A DNA stretch of 63,841 nt, counting the filler, from Octopus bimaculoides (taxonomy: Eukaryota): the NCBI RefSeq assembly GCF_001194135.2. It is 8 parts of 6 records of this genome, joined end to end, with 100 filler letters (N's around TTAATTAATTAA, not from the genome) between each part and the next. Parts side by side here need not be neighbours in the genome. Positions count along the whole stretch, not along the records: positions 41,250 to 55,881 come from NC_068981.1; positions 55,982 to 59,922 come from NC_068981.1; positions 60,023 to 62,645 come from NC_068981.1; positions 62,746 to 63,841 come from NC_069000.1; 4 more parts are not named here. The stretch is one strand, 5' to 3'. The position numbers were made by a program, and so were the translations under genes. Below are positions 52,737 through 63,841 of this stretch, piece by piece; position 1 is the stretch's first letter; each line of letters starts with the position of its first letter. The notes under the pieces were generated by a model, which was not told the DNA's origin, did no database searches, and worked only from the letters and a program-made list of their open reading frames with translations.

Positions 52737-53114
52737 CAGGCACGTGCCGTCAGTAATTACTCAGGGTAGGCAGTTGGGGACGTTTATGTATTAAAACACA
52801 CAAACAAAAAGTGAAACAGGCGCGTGACTGAGTGGGAGGCAGATTTACTTCTGCCTTTATAGTACATAAAGAAAACGTTGTTGTTGGAATGTACGCAGCA
52901 TGTGTACTACAGCAAAATTATGTGTAGCTTTAATACTGAGAATGAGAGGCAGGGGCGAATTATACCTACCTAATCTAAAAAAAGAAAAAATAATATATTT
53001 TGTATTATATATGAATTTGGTGCATATTTTGCCATAAAAGGAAAATGTTACTATCGATCTATTTTATTCAGAGTAGACACTGCCTACTTTGCCTATCTAG
53101 GCGGCACGTCCCTG
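52737..53114. mobile_element. hAT-like MITE (378 bp)
   Basis: TIRs CAGG(C/G)ACGTGCCG. Flanks ATACATAC and ATACATGC form a 7/8 TSD. Confidence 0.7.
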
Positions 53115-53503
53115 ATACATGCATGCATGCATACATACATACATCACCGTTGATTTCGATTGCATGTATTCACTGACTGGTCAACTACTGAATGTCATAC
53201 ACGTTGGGTTAACATGCAAAGTAGCTGAGTATTCCAGAGACAAGTCTAATCTTAGCATAGTTCGCAGACTGAACAATGAACGTGACAGTGTGTAACATGG
53301 CTGTAATTTGGAATTACAGACACAATTCATCGAAAGGGCTTCAATATAGTTTCCATCAAACTAATTTCAATCACAAGGTTTACGTTTACCTGAGACTCTA
53401 ATAATGGTAATAATATTTTTAAAAAAACACTTGCTCAAGATGCCACATGATGGGATCGAACCTGTGACTTTGTGATTATGAAGTGAACTTTCTTTTATGG
53501 TCA

Positions 53504-53552
<49 letters not shown>

Positions 53553-54165
53553 TTGCGTGAGTGTATGTATGTGTGTAAAGCAAAAAGAAAAAAAGCATAG
53601 AAAACCAACAAAAGTACGAGAGTCAGTAGCAGTTAACATTATTAGTTTCACGCACAAAGAAAGGGAAAAGGAAAAGTATTACGTGTCGGATTTAGTCCTT
53701 CTTCAGGTACAATAGAAAATCGAGGAGAACGAGGAAGAGAAAGAAAAGGAGATTAGAAAGAGAGCCAGGGAAAATAACGCATGTGGGTTCTGTTTACGTG
53801 TTCCAGTGGCGCGCACGCACACCTACACACATACACATGAACATACATGCATATACATGTATGTGCATATTTGTTTGTATGTGTATCAGAGCCACAGCGA
53901 GTTGCAGGTTACCAAGTTAAAAGAAAGAGTGAGAGAGACAGAGAAAAAGGAAGGTTAATATTTTAAGAAAGTGTGAAGAAAGAAAGAGAAAAGAAAGAAT
54001 GGAAAAGGGAAATAGATAGTGAAAGAAAGAGAGAAAGAAAGAAAGAATTCCAAGGATGAAATGAAAATTAATAAAAGAGATAAACGTACGCATAAGCAAA
54101 TAAATATAGAAGAGATAGAGAAAAGTGGAGAAAGAAGAACGACAGAGAGAGGGGAGAGAGAGAGA

Positions 54166-54205
<40 letters not shown>

Positions 54206-54325
54206 AATAGGTTTACGGAGAGATGAAAGAGAGAAAACTTAGGGGAAAGCATAGACGCAAAGGAGGTGATGGAATCATAGGTAAAGAAGTGAGAGACTGA
54301 GATAGAGCAAATATGTTGAGGAGAA

Positions 54326-54369
<44 letters not shown>

Positions 54370-54379
54370 NNNNNNNNNN

Positions 54380-54428
<49 letters not shown>

Positions 54429-54712
54429 CCACTATACAGATTGACAGACTAGCAGACGACCAAGAGCGAGGGAAAAAGAGTGGCTATGTGTGATAGCTTG
54501 AGAAAGAGGTTGCTTGGGGGAGAGACATACGAAGTGGTATCAAAATGTTCCCGGTCTAGTTACGTAGGTATGCTTACACACAGACACAGACCCAACACAC
54601 AGAAGAATGACAGAGGATAGTATGTGTGTGTGTGTGTGTGTGTGTGACACAGTGAGAAACAGACAGACAGAGACATAGACAGAGGGAGAAGGAGAGAAAC
54701 AGATGTGGTGAT

Positions 54713-54756
<44 letters not shown>

Positions 54757-54897
54757 GGGTATATTAGACACAGGTAACTGAAAAAGTGAGAGATTCTAAT
54801 GTGAGACTATGAGATAGAGATGCAGTAAGTACACTGACGTACACCAAGTCACATAGACAGACATACACACACACGTATGCGCGCGCGCGCACTCACG

Positions 54898-54956
<59 letters not shown>

Positions 54957-54972
54957 NNNNNNNNNNNNNCAT

Positions 54973-55005
<33 letters not shown>

Positions 55006-55816
55006 AGCACACATACACAGAAAGACACAGACTGAGAGAAGAGAGTAGCATTATAGACAACATATTTGGACAACAGAGATTGAGACAGAGAATGGAACGC
55101 ATACTCACACATATACAGGGAGAGAGACAGACAGACAGACAGACAGACAAAAAGTAGTGGAGAGAGAGTGGAAAGGCAGAAGCTGACATACACCAAGTCA
55201 CACAGAAACAGACAAAACAGGAAAGAAAGGCAAACGAGCAGACACACAGACAGACAGACATACACCTTGTCACGCAAAAGCGCATTAAAGGGAGTGACAA
55301 GAGATTGAGAAAGAAGAGGAGAGAAAGACAAGGAGACTGAAATACACCTCGTCACACAACGCACACACACACAATCTCTCTTTCTCTTTATCTCTCACTC
55401 ATTCTCTCTCTCTGTCTCTCTCTCTCTCGCACACACATACACACATACACACACACGTGCCCACATAGAAAGAAAAAAGGGGCGAATCATTACGAGAGCG
55501 TGTATGTTGTGGTCGGTCGACCTTCAAGAAATAACAGCTAGATCTCTGTCCAATCACACCTACTTTAAAAGAAATGAAACGACACAATGAATAGATTAGT
55601 TCTAGACACGTTCTGTCTTGTAAGTTAAAGAATAGTTGGTCATAGGGCCAGAGCTGGACTGTCTGTAATCATAGGTCTATTGGATCAGGACTGGCCTGGG
55701 GTTAAATAGCAGAAAGCAGCGGAGTGATAGCGATAGAATGAGGTAGGCTGGTACATAGATATATAGAGACGGACAACAGAGCGAGAAAGTATGCGTGGGG
55801 TGAGAGAGAGAGAGAG

Positions 55817-55881
<65 letters not shown>

Positions 55882-55981
55882 NNNNNNNNNNNNNNNNNNN
55901 NNNNNNNNNNNNNNNNNNNNNNNNNTTAATTAATTAANNNNNNNNNNNNNNNNNNNNNNNNNNNNNNNNNNNNNNNNNNNN

Positions 55982-56025
<44 letters not shown>

Positions 56026-57212
56026 AATAAACTCTAAATCCCCGAAGGTTACTCAGATAAACGTTTGAATTTGACACTGGACTTCAACTTGATACCGAGA
56101 GAGGTTAACCGATTCCTCTGTTTTGCATACCTGAGTGAACATAGTAGATGTTGGTGCTGTAGGTGTATATGCATCTCCTGATTTATACAATGAAAGCATA
56201 TAAAAGAAAATCGTTGGAAAATATTGAAAATATCATGAAAGAAGTTTTCATGACAAAATTGCCATGAGAAAAGTTTATCACGTAAATACTTTCTCAGAGA
56301 AAAGACACGTGACTATGATTATGTGACTGATTCAACTGATATTCTATAATCTACAGAAGAAAGTGAAAAAATGAGAGGCAAGAAAGAAGATGGATGTTGG
56401 CGAAAATATGTTTTAGTAAAACAATTGTGGCTCTTAATTAGGGGTTAAAGGGAAATCACTTTTATGATACATTTCTAATTCTCACAGCGCATACGGGCAT
56501 ACATATATGTATGTTTGTATAATATATGCATAGATGCATATGCGCACACATTTATTGTTACAAATTTACCGCTATATATACGTGTGTGTGTGTCTGTTAG
56601 TTTTTTGCCAGCCCCAGTGTTGAACACCGGTGCTGGTTTGTTTACACGTCCTGTAAATCAGTGGTTCTGCAAAAGAGATCGATAGAGTCTAGTACTTACT
56701 AGACTTTTAAAAAAGTACAGCATTGACCTCCTGTTGTCCATGATCCCAGATGAAGCTACATCACGGCAAGAAACCCAACGGAGGGCAGTAATATCTAACT
56801 CCTACCTTCACCAAAAACCAATCACAAAAGAATGGTCAATGAAAATGCGATAACACTGGCCGTGCCCCAGTATGGTCACAACTTTCGGGATGAAACGCAT
56901 AAAACAACTAGCCACAACTTTTGGGCTGAAGCGTATAAAGAGTCGGCACCCGAGAAAAATATACTAAAGCGGGCTTGCAAAANNNNNNNNNNNNNNNNNN
57001 NNNNNNNNNNNNNNNNNNNNNNNNNNNNNNNNNNNNNNNNNNNNNNNNNNNNNNNNNNNNNNNNNNNNNNNNNNNNNNNNNNTGTACCTGAAAAGAAAAC
57101 TTGCAATTGGAAGAATTCATATATATATATATGTGTGTGTGGAAAAGATAGTACTCGAATACCAGAGGTAGAGTATTATGCTTTATTGAAAAGCAGCAAA
57201 AATATCACAAAA

Positions 57213-57252
57213 ACTGTTACTCAGAGTTTCACGTTCCCGTTCGTCGGACAGT
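57213..57252 (-). ncRNA. Minimal type I hammerhead ribozyme motif (Penelope-like repeat)
   Basis: Minus strand reads ACTGT-CCGACGA-ACG GGAA CGT-GAAA-CTC T GAG-TA-ACAGT. All three stems pair, triplet GUA, core CUGANGA with U4>C. AATAAA lies 25 nt downstream. Confidence 0.75.
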
Positions 57253-57263
57253 ACATATATATA

Positions 57264-57887
57264 CAGTAATCTCTCGACTATCGCGGGTGTTGCGTTCCAA
57301 AAACCCCCGCGATAGGTGAAAATCCGCGAAGTAGAACCAGTACTCTTTTACTCTTTTACTCTTTTACTTGTTTCAGTCATTTGACTGCGGCCATGCTGGA
57401 GCACCGCCTTTAGTCGAGCAAATTGACCCCAGGACTTATTCTTTGGAAGCCAAGTACTTATTCTATTGGTTTCTTTTGCCGAACCACTAAGTTACGGGGA
57501 CGTAAACACACCAGCATCGGTTGTCAAGCGATGCTGGGGGGACAAACACAGACACAAAAACATATACACACACACAAATATACATACATATATACGACGG
57601 GCTTCTTTCAGTTTCCGTCTACCAAATCCACTCACAGGGCTTTGGTCAGCCCGAAGCTATAGTAGAAGACACTTGCCCAAAGTGTCACGCAGTGGGACTG
57701 AACCCGGAACCATGTGCTTGGTAAGCAAGCTACTAACCACACAACCACTCCTATATATTTTTTCACTATTTTTACAATTTGTATATATTTATTTTATTAT
57801 AAATGCGAAACAACACCAAAGAGGAATTGACGTAAGCTTAAATGATAAACCGCGATAAGTGAACCGGGATATGGCGAGGGATTACAG
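57264..57887. mobile_element. Tigger/pogo-like MITE hosting a SINE
   Basis: TA|CAGTAATCTCTCG...GCGAGGGATTACAG|TA, degenerate ~24-bp TIRs. Confidence 0.6.
57341..57751 (-). mobile_element. Near full-length CORE-type SINE nested in the MITE
   Basis: Reverse complement of 13405-13831, including the (TACTCTTT)n tail. Confidence 0.85.
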
Positions 57888-57918
<31 letters not shown>

Positions 57919-58559
57919 AATATATGAGTATATGCATATATATGTACATGTATGTACATACCTTCATCTACATGTACACATAGATACATAACTGGGTACA
58001 CGACGTGGCAAAAGAACATGGACAAAATGATAAACAAGGTACAACAAACAAGCAAGCCACATAGAAACATCTCCTTCATCAGCTGCCGCCATTAAAACAC
58101 CGCGTTTCGAAGAATTAAGACAGTACGCATCGTTGAAATGGTTCTTCCCATATGTGCGTGTGTGTTTGTGTGTGTGTATGATGTATGCATGTATGTATGT
58201 ATGTATGTCTGTATGTATGTATGTCTGTATGTATGTATGTATGTCCATATAATCCTTATTCAAATTAAAACACGTGTGTATGATCACACTTGCGCTCACA
58301 CTTATACATATAGATGCTCACATTTATTTATACACGTGAAATGCATATATTTACACGGTTGTACAAAACATACACCTACTCCTGTGCAGAAGTGCTGTCG
58401 TAGATGCTTATTCTTTAAAAATCTCTTTTGAAAGTTTTCTGAGACCTAAGCAAAAATCCCAAGATTTTAAAATTGAATCGCTTAAACAATTGTTTTAATC
58501 TGTCGAAATTTGACAATTTTAAAAAGAATTGCAAGTTGCAAAATTTAAAAATAACAGTT

Positions 58560-59012
58560 ACCTTTAACCTTTTACTTGTTTCAGTTATTAAACTGCGGCC
58601 ATACTGGGGCACCACCTTGAAGAAATTTTAGATGAATGAATCGATCCTAGTACTTAAATTGTTTTGAGCCTTGTACTCATCCTATCGGACCCCCCTTAGC
58701 CGAACCGCTAATTTACGCGGGCGTAAACACATCAACACCGGTTGTCAAGTGGTGGTGAGACAAACACAGACACAAAGACACACACATACGCACACGCACG
58801 CACATACACACACACATACACCCCCCACACAAACAAACACACCCCCACACACATATAGGATGGGCTTCTTTCAGTTCCCGTCTGTCAAATCCATTCACTA
58901 GGGCTTTAGTCAGCCCGTGGCTGTAAAAGAAGACACTTGCTCAAGTTGCCACACAGTTGGTCTGAACCCGGAACCATGTGGTTGGGAAGCAAGCTTCTTA
59001 TCACACAGCCAC
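58560..59012 (-). mobile_element. Diverged CORE-type SINE
   Basis: Same module order as 57341-57751. Confidence 0.7.
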
Positions 59013-60022
59013 GTAAGTTTATTTTTTAAATAGCTTAGTTTGAAAAGAAAGCTGTTCTCACAAGTACTTAAATGGCCTTCGAGATTGGTGGGAGGAAGGA
59101 AAGAAAGGAAGAAGGAATGAAGTTATCCTCAAACAGAAGACGTGGCTCAAACGCTTCTAACAGAGTGAATTTCGCTAAAGGCACTCAAGGTTCCAGGGCG
59201 TGGCGAGAGTTAACGAGGGCGAGAGTTGGTGTCTAGCACTGAAGATAAAATCTAACGATGATAACAAGGAAGATAAATTTAGTTAAATTAAGTAATTTAG
59301 ATATGTTAGATGAGGAAATAAATAAATAAGGATAAATAGAAACGAATAAGATAAGATAGACATAGTGAGGATAAAAGCTGATAAAAGGCGATAAAATTAA
59401 TTGATGGTAAGATTTTGATCTGGCAAAAAGTCAGTAGAATTCAAGGAGACATTATGCAAATGAATGTGAGTAGTAGCCGGAAGTGAAAATTATAAGAAAA
59501 AGTTTGATAAATAAAATAAGAATGAATGAATGAATAAATAAATTAATAAATTGGAAGGTTAACAAAAATGGTTGCAATATGTGGTTTACCTTATTAAGGC
59601 GGCGAGGAGCTGGGAAAAATGCTTAGCGGCATTTCGTCCGTCTTTACGTTCTGAGTTCAAATTCCGCCAAGGTCGACTTTGCCTTTTATCCTTTTGAAGT
59701 CGATAAAATAAATATCGATTGGAGCACTGGGATCGATGTCATCGACTTACCGACTCCCTCGAAATTCCTGGTGTTGTGCCAAATCGGAATCCAAGATAAC
59801 GATATGTTGTTAGCAATTTCCTGTGCCGGCGACACGTGATAAATCACTCACAATGATCTGTTAAGTGGTTGGCTTAAAGAAGGTCATCCAGCCGTAGAAA
59901 CTATTTATCATAATGATTATGANNNNNNNNNNNNNNNNNNNNNNNNNNNNNNNNNNNNNNNNNNNNTTAATTAATTAANNNNNNNNNNNNNNNNNNNNNN
60001 NNNNNNNNNNNNNNNNNNNNNN

Positions 60023-60101
<79 letters not shown>

Positions 60102-60502
60102 TGCGAAAAGATGTTATTATTGCTGGAGCCAGTTCTAAGCGAAGTCGTGATTGAGCAGATTTCGTTGATCACGTGGGTAATATTCCAGCGAATTGCGACA
60201 TCAAATATAGTGATCGGATTGCAGAATATTCCCGCTACATATCTTACAAATTCAAGTTGTAAGCAGGTTAGTATTATAATAAAGACTTTACTGGGAGACA
60301 GATATATACGCTTCTCGTTGGTGTAATCTAAATTCAAGCATTGCAGTTTGTTGATAACCACTAGATTTTCATTTGTAAATATACAACGATAGAGAAACAC
60401 AGAAAAAACACACGTACATGTAATATAATCAACCATTACACATATTTTTGCATAAATACTCACCAGAATACAGAAATGCATGCTTTCGAATAATTATATA
60501 TA

Positions 60503-60568
<66 letters not shown>

Positions 60569-60619
60569 CGTTTGTGTGGGTTTGTGTTTGTGTGTGGTTT
60601 CGGTGATGAGTGCTAGTAA

Positions 60620-61310
60620 CTCACTGTTCATACCTACAAACCTGTCCAGTCGATGACCATTTATAGGCACCGTGCGTACAGCTGTGAAGAGATGACACTC
60701 CTTGTTTAAAACCCATCCCAATTGCAGGACTATATTAGTGGTGCATCCACAGTTCGCATACTAGAACTCTTTGATGTATTGCGACTCTGCACCTTGCATT
60801 TCCAGAGATTTCAGCAATGTCTTCAACTCGACGCTATAGAAGGCATTTTCGTAGTCGACAAAAGCGATGTACAGAAGCAGTTTATATTCTTTTGCCTGTT
60901 GTATAATCTTTGTTAGAATGAATATGTGATCCATCACATTGTAGTTTTAACAGAAAGTCGCTTGTTTCCTCGGCTGTTTCAATAATCTGGTGAATATGAC
61001 TTTGTAAGCACATTACAGAGTTGAGACAAGAAGTTTATTGGGCGATAGTTTCATAAATATTCGTTATCATTCTTCTTACGAAGCAAGATGGCATTCAGCT
61101 CTTGACTCAGCGAGAGTAATTTTACCCTCTTTCACACAGAAATTGAGGTGTAAAACGCGGATTTCACTCTGCTTTTCACCTCCGTACCTTAACATCTTCG
61201 TCGTTGTTGTTATGCCATCTTTTCCTGGAAATTTGTCTCCTTTCATTTGACCGCTCCGAAGAGGTAGCACTTCTTCCAGAATTTGAGACGGTAGAGGATC
61301 GTGCTTCACT
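60620..61310 (-). mobile_element. RTE-clade LINE reverse-transcriptase fragment
   Basis: Minus strand DKFPGKDGIT...KMLRYGG and EYKLLLYIAFVDYENAFYSVE (cf. FVDYEKAFDSV). Confidence 0.8.
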
Positions 61311-61449
61311 CATAGTTTAAAAAGTTTGGTCAGTTTTAGAACCCGCAACAGACTGCATGAAGACAAAAGACATGCCGTCGAAAAACATAGAACAAAGCGG
61401 AATAGAAATGAAAAGCGATGAAACTGAGGGTATAAATGAGTGCGTCTGC

Positions 61450-62560
61450 TTATTGCCCACATTAGATATGCACCGAGATATGGCCGCTAAGCTCTTGAAG
61501 AGAGTAAGGATAAATTTATATAGGGGGATACTTGATAAAATTTAGCTACTTGAAATGTTCAAAGTATGTTGTTTCCAATATGGCATCATAGCCAAACTAC
61601 AGTGGCCATTTTTGAAATACTATTTGGCATGATGCGGGTGGAGGCAATGGAGAGACAGCCCGTCTGAATCTCAAGATATCTAAGCTTCGCCTACTAATTT
61701 CATCAGTGCTGAAAGAATTCAAGGCCACCAAGGCAAAAGCAATCAACACATTGCTTATCTGTGAAGGTGAGGAAGTCAGGTATGACAGCAAGATTATAAA
61801 ATGTTGTAGAATGCGGAATTTCTAGGAAATTGTAAAGAAAACGGAATCATATGGGAAATGTCAGGAAATTTTTGGAGTAGTCTGACGGGGAACGCTACAT
61901 CTTGAACACTACAGTACCAAGAGGTGGAAATACACCAATGCCAGTGACAAGAGAGTCATCATGTTGCAAGGGATCCGCGATTGAGAGGAAAAGTATCACT
62001 GTATACAGAGAGTAGGACTTGCCCGCAAGAGGCAATGGCTACGGTGGGACTAAGCACTGGAACACCCGCTGTCTTAGAGGAAACTCTGGAATACTGACCA
62101 GGGAAAATTCTCTTTCCACCCATGTAACTTTACTAATCTCGTACCAGCAATAAACAACTTTAGACACATCATCCAAGTAGTGTGGAGCAACACTTGCACT
62201 GAGGAAGCGGGAGAGGTCGTTATGTAACGTGACAGGACAAGCTGCTTTCACAAATTTTCAAATGGACAGGCATGAAATGTGTTAAAGCTAACAAACAGTA
62301 ACCACCACACAAGATTTTCATGTTCTGAAAGAAAGACTACACCTTAGTTAAAATCAGTAGATGACTTGCGGTCTATTTTCCATCCAACCTCAGATTGGAA
62401 AACGAAAGTCAACTTGAAGAGGAGACTCGTCTTTCCAGAAGGATTACTGTTGATGACACTTCAACCACACATGTTTCTGCTCTCTAAAAATGTGATACAA
62501 TCATCATGGTTGAACTTACAGCGCCCTGGATGGGCTGCTTACATATTTCTCGCAAAATAT
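61450..62560 (+). mobile_element. Decayed HERO-like (REL-endonuclease) non-LTR retrotransposon fragment
   Basis: FQYGIIAKLQWPFLKYY, DWKTKVNLKRRLVFPE...TLQPHM and MVELTAPW (cf. LRPDIVLWS...ELTVPWE). Confidence 0.65.
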
Positions 62561-62605
62561 TTGTATGCGGCATGCTTTGCCCCATACAAATATTTACTTT
62601 ACCTA

Positions 62606-62645
<40 letters not shown>

Positions 62646-63501
62646 NNNNNNNNNNNNNNNNNNNNNNNNNNNNNNNNNNNNNNNNNNNNTTAATTAATTA
62701 ANNNNNNNNNNNNNNNNNNNNNNNNNNNNNNNNNNNNNNNNNNNNGCGCGTGTATGTGTGTATTAGGAAGTTAAAACTTATAACCGGTCATAAAGTGACC
62801 ATTGCTTTCATCTCTACAACGCGCTTAGCAGTATAGGTGACTCGACATTCAAATAGCTGAAGGCGCATAATCTCTCTACAGCTGGAGGAAGAAGTACCTC
62901 ACGACCAGTTATTAGTGTAGACAAAAAATATTTGTCCGTGCTGCAGGTAAGGCAAGGCTTATATAGGGGGGGGCAAATGTTTTGTGTATGTGTGTCTGTG
63001 TGTGAGTGTGTTGGTGGTGCAGTAAAGTCGTATGGTTACGAAATTCGTTTCACAGTCAGGAGGGCATAGTTCGATCCTACTGCGTATTATCGTGTCTTTT
63101 AGCAGATTCTAGGGCCCACTGAAGCCTGGTCAGCCATGCTATACACTGTGTAACGATTTTTACCTACAATTAAAGGTACACGTACTCAATATATACACAG
63201 CCATTTCACACGATAATTTGAAGAGAAGCTCATTCAGTTGATCAAACAGCTGAATACTGATCCTCGAAACCGACGGAGAACCTACAAGCATACGTGCGTA
63301 CGCGCGCATATGTGTGTGTGAGAGAGAGAGAGAGTTAATACCTAGCTCGATAGATAGATAAATAGATAGATTCATACATAAATACGTACACATATTCATA
63401 CCTATATACATTCATTCATACATACATGCATACATATATACATACATGCATACGTATATACATACATACAAACATACATACATAGGCATACAGAGATTCA
63501 A

Positions 63502-63557
<56 letters not shown>

Positions 63558-63801
63558 CGTGTAGTTATAGTCAACTGTGACAAAACGTCGTGTGACGGTT
63601 GTAATAAGCAATAATGTCTATCGCTTTCATTTCACATTAATGATTTTTGATTTGTATATCCTGTACCTGTTGTTCTCATACTTATGAAATTTGACCTGGT
63701 CACGAACAGTGGGTGTTGTGTGGAGAAGAGGGTGGTGGGTGGTAAAAGTGGATGTTACTATGTGGTGACGTGGCGGACGGGAAGTGTAAATCCTCGGAAG
63801 A

Positions 63802-63841
<40 letters not shown>

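Overview
Animal, repeat-dense intronic or intergenic DNA with many N gaps. The SINE families and the mollusc-type GABA receptor suggest an octopus or other coleoid draft assembly (inference). The window is eight pieces joined by seven ~100-bp N44-TTAATTAATTAA-N44 linkers, so adjacency across linkers is not guaranteed. Supported coding sequence is small: two plus-strand exons (138 and 153 bp) of an LCCH3/GABA-A beta-like Cys-loop receptor, and one minus-strand 138-bp exon, absent from the ORF track, that resembles the D1 C-terminus/linker of a receptor-type tyrosine phosphatase. The rest is microsatellites, tRNA-derived SINEs, LINE remnants (R4/Dong-like, HERO-like, RTE, Tx1/L1) and DNA-transposon relics or MITEs. 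Most interesting: two Penelope-type hammerhead ribozyme motifs, three long fold-back hairpins in or near the receptor gene, the antisense phosphatase exon, a recurrent SINE-(TAA)n-Dong junction, and a candidate recursive splice site and microexons. No CRISPR, rRNA or true tRNA genes were seen. All alignments were done by eye and family assignments are from recalled consensus motifs, not database searches.
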